Shown here in pieces: positions 28,070 to 37,132 of a stretch of 64,000 nucleotides of DNA. Numbering within the stretch: position 1 is the stretch's first letter; every line of letters starts with the position of its first letter. The position numbers were made by a program, and so were the translations under genes. The stretch is from Flavobacteriales bacterium (GTDB lineage Bacteria; Bacteroidota; Bacteroidia; Flavobacteriales; UBA7312), in the NCBI GenBank assembly GCA_016779935.1, contig JADHMQ010000001.1, positions 128,369 through 192,368 of the forward strand, written 5' to 3'. Under the pieces are notes generated by a model. It did not search any database and was not told the origin of the DNA. It saw nothing but the letters and a program-made list of their open reading frames with translations.

Positions 28070-29071
28070 ATGAAAAATATATTTTCACTTTTTTTAATCC
28101 TTTTAATGTCTTGTTCATCAAATGAAAGTACCCGCAAAATGGTAAGTAACTTTGGATATGCACAAGGAACTTCTTACAGCATTAAGTATATGATGAGTAA
28201 AGATAAGGATTATCACCATCAGATTGATAGTTTGTTCACTGCTATAGACGCATCGCTTTCAACCTATTTGCCAACTTCATTAATCAGTCAGCTCAATGAA
28301 GGCGATACAACTTTACTGTTGGATAAACATTTCGTTAAGGTATTCAATGCCTCTAAAGAAGTTTCTGAAAAAACAGAGGGGTTATTTGACTGTACTGTTG
28401 CACCATTAGTCAGTATTTGGGGTTTTGGCACTGAAGCTGCAGCGGATGAAGTTGATACGCTTAAAATTCTAAAAATTGTTGAGCAAATAGGCTATGAAAA
28501 GCTGTCTATGAAAGGCGATAGTTTATTGTCCAATCCTGAGGGAATTACTCTAGACTTTAACGCTTTAGCACAGGGTTATACCGTTGACCTTATTGCTGCT
28601 TTTTTGGAGAGTAAAAATATATCTGACTATCTAATAGAAGTGGGTGGAGAAATTCGTGTAGGTGGCTTGAATTCTAGAGAAAAGAAATGGGTTATAGGCA
28701 TTGACAAACCGAGTAAAGACATTGACCAAAGCGACCGCTTTCAGTTAAAATTGAATTTGACCAATAAGTCCTTAGCGACCTCTGGAAATTACAGGAAATT
28801 CTATGAGAAGAACAATCAAATATACTCACATACAATACACCCTAAAACAGGCTTTCCGGTACAACATGCTTTATTAAGCGCAACGGTTATTGCCGATGAT
28901 TGCATGTCTGCAGATGCCTATGCTACCGCATTTATGGTAATGGGAGTGAATGAAACAAAAAAGTTTTTAAAGTCGGACTCGACTTTAGAGGCTTTTTTAA
29001 TCTATACCAACGATGACAAACAGTGGGAAATGTGGTCAACAGAGGGGTTTGAGGAGATGGTAGTAAAATAA
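28070..29071 (+). CDS. apbE: FAD:protein FMN transferase (ApbE family lipoprotein)
   Basis: Lipobox 'LLMSCS', 'LD.NA.AQGYTVD', 'EVGGEI', 'LATSGNYRKF' and 'SHTIHPKTG' motifs. It is functionally linked to NqrB/NqrC flavinylation. Confidence 0.85.
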   Translation: MKNIFSLFLILLMSCSSNESTRKMVSNFGYAQGTSYSIKYMMSKDKDYHHQIDSLFTAIDASLSTYLPTSLISQLNEGDTTLLLDKHFVKVFNASKEVSEKTEGLFDCTVAPLVSIWGFGTEAAADEVDTLKILKIVEQIGYEKLSMKGDSLLSNPEGITLDFNALAQGYTVDLIAAFLESKNISDYLIEVGGEIRVGGLNSREKKWVIGIDKPSKDIDQSDRFQLKLNLTNKSLATSGNYRKFYEKNNQIYSHTIHPKTGFPVQHALLSATVIADDCMSADAYATAFMVMGVNETKKFLKSDSTLEAFLIYTNDDKQWEMWSTEGFEEMVVK

Positions 29072-29073
29072 AC

Positions 29074-29457
29074 TTATTTAAGTTTATTGATAATTTTTAG
29101 TAGTTCACTAATCTGATTATCTTTAATATCTAATTGTTTCTTAAGAATTGTTGTAGCTAACTGATATTCAGTTTTTCCCTCTTCAACTTCGGATGTGAAT
29201 GAATCGGAATTCAATTTATATTTATTCGACTCTTTTTTCACCCCTCTTATTAGCCAATTTAAGTCAGTATCTGGAAAAAAGTCAAGAAACTTTATCAGAG
29301 TATTAATCGTAATATTACCGCTTTTAGTGAGTGAACCATTAGAAACTTTTGTGGTTTTGTAAAACTTATTCATAGTAATTTTACTATCCATTATTTTTTC
29401 AACCATTCTTTTCTTTATATCTGATGGAGACTTATATTCTCGAGTTTTGTCTTTCAT
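29074..29457 (-). CDS. Small HTH (XRE/Cro-like) DNA-binding protein with C-terminal coiled coil
   Basis: 'SNGSLTKSGNITINTLIKFLDFFPDTDLNWLIRG' resembles Bacteroidota HTH_3-type regulators. AT-rich. Confidence 0.5.
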   Translation of the reverse strand: MKDKTREYKSPSDIKKRMVEKIMDSKITMNKFYKTTKVSNGSLTKSGNITINTLIKFLDFFPDTDLNWLIRGVKKESNKYKLNSDSFTSEVEEGKTEYQLATTILKKQLDIKDNQISELLKIINKLK

Positions 29458-29474
29458 TTTAACTTTAGAAATTA

Positions 29475-29540
29475 TATTAAAATAACTTTTTACTTTAGTT
29501 AAAAAGCTATATATTAGCCGATATATGTATTAAAATAACT
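29475..29540. promoter_or_regulatory. Two 13-bp direct repeats (TATTAAAATAACT) in the divergent HTH intergenic region, candidate operators
   Basis: Exact copies lie at 29475-29487 and 29528-29540, 53 bp apart, between divergently transcribed HTH genes. Confidence 0.35.
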
Positions 29541-29582
29541 AACATATTAACGCTACTTAAAGCAACATAACGCAACAAATAT

Positions 29583-29789
29583 ATGCAATTAGAAGAAAGA
29601 AAAAACTTGTTAAAATTTCTTAAAAGGGGAGATATCAATAAAATTTCAAAATTATCTGGATATAATAGAGTCACTATAAACAGATGGGTAAATGGTAAAT
29701 CCAATAATTTAATAATTGAAAAGTATTTAATAGCTCTTGCAGACAAACGTCAAAAGGAGATTGAAGAAGTGATTAATAATTTTAGATAA
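29583..29789 (+). CDS. Small HTH DNA-binding protein (68 aa)
   Basis: 'INKISKLSGYNRVTINRWVNGKS' is an HTH-like segment. The gene sits immediately upstream of the fibre-like gene. Confidence 0.5.
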   Translation: MQLEERKNLLKFLKRGDINKISKLSGYNRVTINRWVNGKSNNLIIEKYLIALADKRQKEIEEVINNFR

Positions 29790-29801
29790 ATTAATTGAAC
29801 C

Positions 29802-31388
29802 ATGAAAAAAATCACATTTTTTATTTTATGTATTTTATTTTCTGATATTTCTTTTAGTCAAACGCCTTCAGGAGATATGTTGGTTAAGGTTTATAATATT
29901 AATGGTACACCTGGTAGTGGTTCAGTAAATAATCCGCTTATGGGTAATATACTGTATTCGATTTCAGAAGATAGAATGTACCATTATAATGGGTCGTCAT
30001 GGGTATCGATTGATGATCAAATGTTAAGCCTGAGTAATAATACCTTATCTATTTCAGGTGGTAATTCGGTTGTACTTCCATCATTGTCGGACGGTGATGC
30101 TTGGGGGGTCAATGGCGAGGATGTTAGTGGTAGTATTGGTAGAACAGGAAATGTTGGTATTGGTACGACTTCACCAACACAGAAGCTACATGTAGCAGGA
30201 GGGGCTCGAATTACGTCAATGGCTGGTGGTAGTACTTCAGATAATGTTGTAGTGGTTGATGGCAGTGGTAATTTGAAGAAGGTCACACAAGCCTCATTGG
30301 GTGATGGAACGGGTACAGACGATCAGAAGATTACTAACTTACAACTTTCAACGGCCAATGTATTGTCCTTTAATTTAGAGGCTGATGGTACTCATACGGT
30401 AAATTTGAGTGGGTTAAAGGATGGTGATGCTTGGGGCGTAAATGGTGAAGATGGTTCGTCCGATATTAAAAGAAAAGGAAAAGTGGGAATAGGCACAACA
30501 AATTCCCCAATTGGTGCTTTGGATATAACCTATCCTTCAGAATCAGAAATAGAAACACCTTCCGTAATAGGTCCTTTTTCAACTTTTTCAGCAAGTTCCA
30601 GTATTGGTACAGCCTGGCGTGCTTTTGATTATACTTCAACTGAATTCTGGCAATCAACAGGAACAACTAACCAATGGCTTAGAGTGGATATAGGTCAAGG
30701 TAATACAGCTGCCATTTCTTCAATAAGACTAAATTTATCTAGCACAACCTCGCTTAGTTCATGGTCACTACAAGGATCTAATGACGGAAGTAATTGGAGT
30801 ACCATATCAACCTTCGGTTATACTGCCCCTTTCTTGTCCACACATAATGTTAACTCTACTACTCAATATCGTTATTTTAGATTATTTTTCAATGGATTGG
30901 GTGCCGGTGCAAGTAACCTTTCGGTTGTTGGAATAGCACTATATGAAAAAAAGATAAGAAGGGTAATGGTATCAGATGATACTAAACTCATAATAAATGA
31001 TATTGAAAATGAATCAGGTGAATACAATCAAAATGATATTCAAACAGCTCTAGAAGTTAACGGTAACATTCTTTTGAAGGGTGGGGACTTAGTCACTTCC
31101 CCTCATGGTAGAGTAGGAATAGGGACAGCCAATCCAGGAGCAAAGTTACATGTTATTGGAAATATTTTTGCGACAGCTGTAAATACACCAGATTATGTAT
31201 TCGAGCAGTACTATGAGGGTGAAAGTATGTTAAATGAAGAATATAAATTCTTTAAACTCGAAGAAGTAGAAAAATTCATAAAAAAACATAAGCATTTACC
31301 AGGAATTCCATCTGCTAGAGATATTAAAGAACAAGGAGGTATATTTGTGAACCAAGCAACAGAACAGAACAGAACCTTGAAAAAATAG
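29802..31388 (+). CDS. Tail-fibre-like surface protein with an F5/8 type C (discoidin)-like domain. The conserved C-terminal helix (to 31471) is out of frame.
   Basis: Signal peptide; repeated 'DGDAWGVNGED...G.VGIGTT.P..KLHV' modules; a 'WRAFD....FWQS....NQWLRVDIG....I..I.L......WSLQGSNDGSNW' discoidin-like region; C-terminal 'TPDYVFEQYY...LEEVEKFIKKHKHLPGIPSA' module. The '...LEKIEELYLHLIEMSKEIKSLKQQL' continuation lies in the -1 frame after an (AGAAC)3 repeat. Confidence 0.7.
   Translation: MKKITFFILCILFSDISFSQTPSGDMLVKVYNINGTPGSGSVNNPLMGNILYSISEDRMYHYNGSSWVSIDDQMLSLSNNTLSISGGNSVVLPSLSDGDAWGVNGEDVSGSIGRTGNVGIGTTSPTQKLHVAGGARITSMAGGSTSDNVVVVDGSGNLKKVTQASLGDGTGTDDQKITNLQLSTANVLSFNLEADGTHTVNLSGLKDGDAWGVNGEDGSSDIKRKGKVGIGTTNSPIGALDITYPSESEIETPSVIGPFSTFSASSSIGTAWRAFDYTSTEFWQSTGTTNQWLRVDIGQGNTAAISSIRLNLSSTTSLSSWSLQGSNDGSNWSTISTFGYTAPFLSTHNVNSTTQYRYFRLFFNGLGAGASNLSVVGIALYEKKIRRVMVSDDTKLIINDIENESGEYNQNDIQTALEVNGNILLKGGDLVTSPHGRVGIGTANPGAKLHVIGNIFATAVNTPDYVFEQYYEGESMLNEEYKFFKLEEVEKFIKKHKHLPGIPSARDIKEQGGIFVNQATEQNRTLKK
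31361..31375 (+). repeat. Pentanucleotide tandem repeat (AGAAC)x3 inside the fibre-like gene
   Basis: The sequence is gcaac-AGAAC-AGAAC-AGAAC-c. Removing one unit restores the frame to the stop at 31469-31471. Confidence 0.9.
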
Positions 31389-31495
31389 AAGAACTCTATT
31401 TACACCTCATAGAGATGTCAAAGGAAATAAAATCTTTGAAACAACAATTAGGAAAGGCAACAATGAAGTGATACGTTGTGGTTATAATATAAGTG

Positions 31496-31696
31496 CTAAG
31501 CAGTAACTTCTTCCTTTTTACACTTTTCTTCAGGACTGGCACCGCAGAAACCACAGTTTTCGCCCTCTTTGTTTAGGAAAGGACTGTTACTCGCACAAGT
31601 GCCAGAAAATTCACCGTCTTTTTTGACAAGGATTTTGATGGCAATACCAGCAAATCCTAAACCCAATAACACAACAGCCAGAATAAATACTTCCAT
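31496..31696 (-). CDS. nqrM: (Na+)-NQR maturation protein NqrM (DUF539-like small Cys-rich membrane protein)
   Basis: One N-terminal TM helix, then 'GEFSGTCASNSPFLNKEGENCGFCG'. The size (66 aa) and proximity to apbE and nqr fit NqrM as I recall the family. Confidence 0.6.
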   Translation of the reverse strand: MEVFILAVVLLGLGFAGIAIKILVKKDGEFSGTCASNSPFLNKEGENCGFCGASPEEKCKKEEVTA

Positions 31697-31712
31697 AGGT
31701 ATATCAATTATG

Positions 31713-31745
31713 TTGCAAAGGTATGAATTTGTTATGCTACTTTTG
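31713..31745 (+). promoter_or_regulatory. Bacteroidota-type promoter upstream of mazG (TTG-N22-TACTTTTG)
   Basis: TTG at 31713-31715 and a TAnnTTTG match at 31738-31745, 16 nt before the ATG at 31762. Confidence 0.4.
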
Positions 31746-31761
31746 TGAAAAATAACAGAAT

Positions 31762-32526
31762 ATGGATGCCCGATTAGTTGCCTTTGAACGATTACTGAAT
31801 ATTATGGATGACCTAAGGGAAAAGTGCCCTTGGGATATGAAGCAGACCATAGAGAGTTTGCGCTACCTAACCATTGAGGAAGTATACGAATTATCTGACG
31901 CTATTGTTGAGGGCGATATGAATGAGATTAAGAAAGAGCTTGGTGATATCATGCTGCATTTGGTATTCTATTCAAGGATAGCTTCGGAGACTAAGGATTT
32001 TGATATTACGGATGTACTCAATAGCGTATGCGAAAAGCTCATTCACCGTCATCCGCATATTTATGGCGATGTAGAAGTCAAAGACGAGGCAGAAGTAAAG
32101 GCTAATTGGGAGAAACTAAAACTCAAAGAAGGCAAGAAATCGGTTTTAGAAGGTGTACCAAAATCCTTACCCGCTATGGTCAAATCTATACGCATGCAGG
32201 AGAAAGCTAGAGGCGTAGGTTTTGATTGGGATACTAGTGATCAGGTATGGGATAAAGTCCAAGAGGAATTGTCCGAATTAAAGGTAGAAGTAGAGAAAGG
32301 CGATGACCAAAAGATTACCGATGAGTTTGGCGATTTACTCTTTTCCTTGATTAATTATGCCCGTTTTGTAAATGTAAACCCCGAAGATGCTTTAGAGAAA
32401 ACCAATAAGAAATTCCTTCATCGTTTTCAGTATATGGAAAATGAAATTGAAAAAAAAGGACTGAAACTTTCCGAGATGTCATTAGAAGAAATGGACGTCT
32501 ATTGGAATAAGGCAAAGACTATTTAG
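31762..32526 (+). CDS. mazG: Nucleoside triphosphate pyrophosphohydrolase MazG
   Basis: Tandem MazG domains: 'LREKCPWD..QT..SL....IEE.YE', 'HRHPHIYGD' and 'EE.GDLLFS..N.AR'. Confidence 0.9.
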   Translation: MDARLVAFERLLNIMDDLREKCPWDMKQTIESLRYLTIEEVYELSDAIVEGDMNEIKKELGDIMLHLVFYSRIASETKDFDITDVLNSVCEKLIHRHPHIYGDVEVKDEAEVKANWEKLKLKEGKKSVLEGVPKSLPAMVKSIRMQEKARGVGFDWDTSDQVWDKVQEELSELKVEVEKGDDQKITDEFGDLLFSLINYARFVNVNPEDALEKTNKKFLHRFQYMENEIEKKGLKLSEMSLEEMDVYWNKAKTI

Positions 32527-33595
32527 GAGCTTTTTTAAGTAGATAAATGCCTAATGCTGCAAAGAGTAAATTTGGAATCCATACCGCAAGAATAGGAGAA
32601 AGGTCACCATTGGTAGCAAAGGTGGTAGAGATTTGCATAAAAAGTATATAGGCAAAGCTAATCAGCAGTCCAGCACCAAGGTGTAAGCCAATTCCTCCAC
32701 GAATTTTTCGAGAAGCCATAGCTACAGCTACCAGAGTAAGGATAATGGTAGCAAAGGGGAAGGCAATGCGTTTTTGTTGCTCAATAATGTGAAAAACAAG
32801 GTTTTTAGAGCCTTTCATCCGTTCTACTTTGATGTAGTCATTGAGTTGAAATAGGTTCATGGTTTCTACCGTACTTCGTCTAACGTTAAAATCATCAGGG
32901 TGAAGGTTAATTTTAAGCTCCATTACGTCTCCCTCATCAATACGCTCGCTTAGGCGATTTATTCGTCGTTTAAAGAAGTTATGTGCTTCCCAGTGGTTTA
33001 GCTCTTCTACCCACTGAATATAATCGGCAAATAGCTTTTCACTGAGTTGTCCATATTCGAATTGCTCCATAGAAAAACGGTAACCAATATTTCGTTTAGT
33101 ATTATAAGACTGTACATAAATGAATTGCCCAGGGGTAATCTGCATATGAATGTCTTTGTCGCGGTTTTTGTAGGGGTTTTTGATGTAAGTATTTTCAAAA
33201 TCCAGACGTTCGCTATTAGCTGGTGGTATAATGAAATTACCGAGTACAAATGACAATACTGCTAAAAAACCAGCAGATAGTAAAAAAGGACGTAGAAAAC
33301 GGTTGAAGCTAACACCACTGCTGAGAATGGAAATTACCTCAGTATTATTTGCCATTTTGGAAGTGAAAAAGATAACCGCTACGAAAGTAAATAGGGGGCT
33401 AAACAGATTTCCAAAATAGGGGATGAAATTGAGGTAATAGCTAAATAATATCTCTTTTAGAGGGGCAGACTTTTCAATGAAATCATCAATTTTTTCGGAA
33501 ACATCAAAGACCACCACAATCAATAAAATCAAAGAAATGGAGAAGAAGAAGGTCCCCAAAAACTTTTTAATGATATACCAGTCTAATTTTTGCAT
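32519..33595 (-). CDS. LptF/LptG-family permease
   Basis: 'LDWYIIKKFLGTFFFSI.L' N-terminus, six TM helices with a large periplasmic loop, 358 aa. Confidence 0.8.
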   Translation of the reverse strand: MQKLDWYIIKKFLGTFFFSISLILLIVVVFDVSEKIDDFIEKSAPLKEILFSYYLNFIPYFGNLFSPLFTFVAVIFFTSKMANNTEVISILSSGVSFNRFLRPFLLSAGFLAVLSFVLGNFIIPPANSERLDFENTYIKNPYKNRDKDIHMQITPGQFIYVQSYNTKRNIGYRFSMEQFEYGQLSEKLFADYIQWVEELNHWEAHNFFKRRINRLSERIDEGDVMELKINLHPDDFNVRRSTVETMNLFQLNDYIKVERMKGSKNLVFHIIEQQKRIAFPFATIILTLVAVAMASRKIRGGIGLHLGAGLLISFAYILFMQISTTFATNGDLSPILAVWIPNLLFAALGIYLLKKAPK

Positions 33596-34726
33596 TTATA
33601 AGCGTCTGTCCAATTTCTTTACCATCTCATTTTTCCATGAGGTAAATGTTCCTTCAGCTATATGTCGCCTAGCCTCTTCCATTAACCACAGATAAAATCG
33701 AATATTGTGCAAGCTAGTAATTTGCTTTCCTAACAATTCATTAACTGTAAAGAGGTGACGGACATAGGCTTTGCTATAGCTAGAATCTACGAAAGAAGTA
33801 CCCTTAGGGTCAAGGACTGAAAAGTCATCCGCCCATTTTTTGTTTTTGATATTTATGGTGCCTTCACTCGTAAATATCATACCGTTTCGGGCGTTTCTAG
33901 TTGGCATTACACAGTCGAACATATCCACGCCCAAAGCTATATTTTCCAATAAATTGCATGGAGTACCCACACCCATAAGGTAGCGCGGTTTGTCTTCTGG
34001 CAATACACTGCATACAATATCGGTCATTTCATACATGAGGTCGTGCGGTTCACCTACGGATAATCCGCCGATGGCATTTCCTTCACGTTCAAAAGATGCT
34101 ATTTTTTCTGCCGACTGTTTTCTTAAATCTTTGTAAACACTTCCTTGTACGATAGGAAATAGCGTTTGATCAAAACCGTATTTGGCCTCAGTAGTGTCAA
34201 AGCGATCACAACAGCGTTTTAGCCAACGGTGGGTCATGTGCATGGACTTCTTAGCGTAGTTGTAATCGCAGGGGTAGGGCGTACACTCGTCAAAAGCCAT
34301 AATGATATCTGCTCCAATAGTTCGCTGTATATCCATTACATTTTCAGGAGTAAATAGGTGATAAGAGCCATCAATATGGGATTGAAATTTCACACCCTCT
34401 TCTTTAATCTTTCGTTTACCAGAAAGAGAATAAACTTGATAGCCACCACTATCGGTCAGTATGGGTTTGTCCCATCCCATAAAGGCATGTAGTCCACCCG
34501 CTTTTTCCATAACCTCTAAGCCAGGACGAAGGTAAAGGTGGTAGGTATTTCCCAATATAATTTGTGCTTGAGTATCCTTCTCAATTTCGTGCTGATGCAA
34601 ACCCTTTACGGTAGCTGCCGTACCGACTGGCATAAAGATAGGGGTTTGTATTTTTCCGTGAGCAGTGGTCACTTCACCCAATCGAGCTTTTGAACCGCTA
34701 TCTTTTTTAATCAGTTTGAAATCCAT
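33596..34726 (-). CDS. tgt: tRNA-guanine transglycosylase (queuine tRNA-ribosyltransferase)
   Basis: 'TPIFMPVGT', 'ILGNTYHL', 'LTDSGGYQV', 'AFDEC' and 'GLSVGE' motifs. Confidence 0.95.
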   Translation of the reverse strand: MDFKLIKKDSGSKARLGEVTTAHGKIQTPIFMPVGTAATVKGLHQHEIEKDTQAQIILGNTYHLYLRPGLEVMEKAGGLHAFMGWDKPILTDSGGYQVYSLSGKRKIKEEGVKFQSHIDGSYHLFTPENVMDIQRTIGADIIMAFDECTPYPCDYNYAKKSMHMTHRWLKRCCDRFDTTEAKYGFDQTLFPIVQGSVYKDLRKQSAEKIASFEREGNAIGGLSVGEPHDLMYEMTDIVCSVLPEDKPRYLMGVGTPCNLLENIALGVDMFDCVMPTRNARNGMIFTSEGTINIKNKKWADDFSVLDPKGTSFVDSSYSKAYVRHLFTVNELLGKQITSLHNIRFYLWLMEEARRHIAEGTFTSWKNEMVKKLDRRL

Positions 34727-34812
34727 ACATCAAATTTCGCCAAAGATAGTTAAGTCTTATGAACATTAAATTTTAGTTCTTAAAAAATTAAATATCCGTA
34801 TCATTGCAAACT

Positions 34813-35910
34813 ATGAATGTGGACTATATTTTATTTCTAATTTTTGTTCTATCAGTAGTCGTTCAGCTCTATTTTTACCTTTTTGTGTATTACAGATGGA
34901 CAGAAGATGAAGAGAAAACAGAAACATTCACTAAAGCCGTTTCGGTGATTATATGCGGTTATAATGAAGAAAAACACTGGGAATCTTTAGTTGAGAAACT
35001 GTTACAACAAGACTACCTCAATTACGAGATAGTACTGGTTAACGACCAATCCACCGACAACACCAAATTTATATTCAAGCAATGGGAAAATCATCCCAAA
35101 ATAAAATTGGTAGACATCCCTGAAAGCATAAAAAAAGGATTAGGTAAAAAGTTTGCTCTTACTCTAGGAATAAAAGCCGCAAAGTACGATTGCCTTTTAC
35201 TTACTGATGCCGATTGCTACCCTAAAGACGCCTCATGGATTAGCTCTATGGTACAGCATTTTGCTACAAAAGATATTGTTCTTGGCTATGGAGCTTATGA
35301 GAAAAGACCTGGTTTTTTAAATAAACTCATACGCTTTGATACCTTTCAAGTGGCTATTCAGTATTTCTCCTATGCCCTTATGGGTAAAGCCTATATGGGA
35401 GTAGGTAGAAATTTGGCTTACAAAAAGAATTTATTTTTTGATAACAAAGGCTTTGCCTCACACTTACATTTACCTTCTGGTGATGACGATTTATTTATAA
35501 AAGAAGTCAGTACTCCAACTAATACTGCCATTTCAACCTCTATATCGGCTCATAGTTTTTCAGAACCGAAGACTACTTGGTCATCATGGATACGTCAAAA
35601 ATCCAGGCACTTGAGTACAGGTTTGTACTATAAGCCTTTTCACAAGCAAATGTTGGGCTTGTGGACAGCTAGTCAATTACTGTTTTGGATAGTCTTTATA
35701 GTCTTATTGCTAAAACAGTTTTTCATTCCTTACCTCATTCTAATAGTTGCTATTCGATTGACAGTACAATTAATAGTAAGTTATCCCTTGTTAAAAAAGA
35801 CAGAAGAAGAGGATTTACTTGTTTTTTATCCCTTTCTAGAACTAACATATATTGTTTTTTACCTTATCTTTATGCTTAAGAGTATGCTAAACAAAAAACG
35901 ATTTTGGTAG
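34813..35910 (+). CDS. Family 2 glycosyltransferase (membrane-anchored)
   Basis: 'VSVIICGYNEE', 'VNDQSTD' and 'LLTDADC' GT2 motifs, plus C-terminal TM helices. I chose the ATG at 34813. Confidence 0.8.
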   Translation: MNVDYILFLIFVLSVVVQLYFYLFVYYRWTEDEEKTETFTKAVSVIICGYNEEKHWESLVEKLLQQDYLNYEIVLVNDQSTDNTKFIFKQWENHPKIKLVDIPESIKKGLGKKFALTLGIKAAKYDCLLLTDADCYPKDASWISSMVQHFATKDIVLGYGAYEKRPGFLNKLIRFDTFQVAIQYFSYALMGKAYMGVGRNLAYKKNLFFDNKGFASHLHLPSGDDDLFIKEVSTPTNTAISTSISAHSFSEPKTTWSSWIRQKSRHLSTGLYYKPFHKQMLGLWTASQLLFWIVFIVLLLKQFFIPYLILIVAIRLTVQLIVSYPLLKKTEEEDLLVFYPFLELTYIVFYLIFMLKSMLNKKRFW

Positions 35911-36509
35911 AAAGAGAGTTAACAGAAAAAGCCAAAGAGGATTTAAAACTTATAAAGAAGGCACTGTCCAATGGTGACCCTCGTGCGTACAATGCACTCA
36001 TGTCAAAGTACAGAGACGCTATATTTTTTATGCTTTACGAAAAGGTTAGCGACAAAGAACTTGCCAAAGAATTAACTATTGAAGCCTTTGGTAAAGCCTT
36101 TAATAAATTGAATACCTATACCTCTAATTTCGCTTTTAGTACTTGGTTGTTTACCATTGCTAAAAACAACTGCATTGACTATTTAAGAAAGAAGAAGTTA
36201 CCGACTATTTCCATAGATTCTACCATAGAACACGATGAGGGTACGACTTCTTCTATTGATATTACTGACCAACAACTAACGCCTGATAATAGCTTGATAA
36301 GAAGTCAGCGAATTCAAATTTTAAGAAGTATTGTTGAACAACTCCAACCCAATTACAGACAATTGGTGAAGTTGCGTTACTTTAAGGAATACAGCTACGA
36401 AGAAATTTCTGAAGAATTGAGTATTCCGCTTGGAACAGTGAAAGCACAATTGCACCGTTCTAGAGAGAAATTATTTAAAATTTTATCTGGTAAAAAAGAC
36501 ATGATGTAA
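35904..36509 (+). CDS. RNA polymerase sigma-70 family factor, ECF-type
   Basis: Region 2 ('F.TWLFTIAKNNCIDYLRK') and region 4 ('SYEEISEELSIPLGTVKAQLHRSREKL'). The TTG start at 35904 is uncertain. Confidence 0.8.
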   Translation: MVERELTEKAKEDLKLIKKALSNGDPRAYNALMSKYRDAIFFMLYEKVSDKELAKELTIEAFGKAFNKLNTYTSNFAFSTWLFTIAKNNCIDYLRKKKLPTISIDSTIEHDEGTTSSIDITDQQLTPDNSLIRSQRIQILRSIVEQLQPNYRQLVKLRYFKEYSYEEISEELSIPLGTVKAQLHRSREKLFKILSGKKDMM

Positions 36510-37132
36510 TGGATGTTATTTTAAAATACTTTCCACATTTAACCACTAAACAAATTCAACAGTTCGAAGCATTACACGAATTGTATTCGACATGGAATGC
36601 TAAAATAAATGTCATTTCTAGAAAAGATATAGATAGCTTTTACGAACGTCATGTTCTTCATTCCTTAGGCATTGCTAAAGTGATCGACTTTCATGACGGC
36701 ACTACTGTTTTGGATGTAGGTACAGGTGGAGGTTTTCCGGGAATTCCTTTGGCTATCTTTTTTCCAAACAGCCATTTTCTTCTCATCGATAGCATTGGTA
36801 AGAAAATAAAAGTAGTAAAAGACGTTGCCGAACAACTGGGGCTTACTAACGTTAGTACTGCTCACCAAAGAGCAGAAAACATCAGAAAGTCCTTCGATTT
36901 TGTAATAAGTCGAGCCGTAACGCGCATGCCCGCTTTTATAGATTGGGTAGAACAGCGATTTTCTAAAGAGTGCCACAGCGATTTCCCAAATGGAATACTT
37001 TACCTCAAAGGAGGGGATTTGACAGAAGAACTAAGCGGTATTGACTATCACCACAACAGTTTTGATTTAGCCGACTACTTTGAAGAGGACTTTTTTGAGA
37101 CTAAAAAAGTGGTCTATGTCCAGATGGTTTAA
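36509..37132 (+). CDS. rsmG: 16S rRNA (guanine527-N7)-methyltransferase
   Basis: 'W N.KINVIS', 'HVLHSL' and 'LDVGTGGGFPGIPLAI' motifs, 207 aa. Confidence 0.9.
   Translation: MDVILKYFPHLTTKQIQQFEALHELYSTWNAKINVISRKDIDSFYERHVLHSLGIAKVIDFHDGTTVLDVGTGGGFPGIPLAIFFPNSHFLLIDSIGKKIKVVKDVAEQLGLTNVSTAHQRAENIRKSFDFVISRAVTRMPAFIDWVEQRFSKECHSDFPNGILYLKGGDLTEELSGIDYHHNSFDLADYFEEDFFETKKVVYVQMV

Noticed and set aside
29074-31471. Prophage or prophage remnant, suggested by the tail-fibre-like gene and the CI/Cro-like pair
   Set aside because: There are no integrase, terminase, capsid, portal, baseplate or lysis genes, and I saw no att-like direct repeats. This fibre-like architecture is common in Bacteroidota surface proteins.
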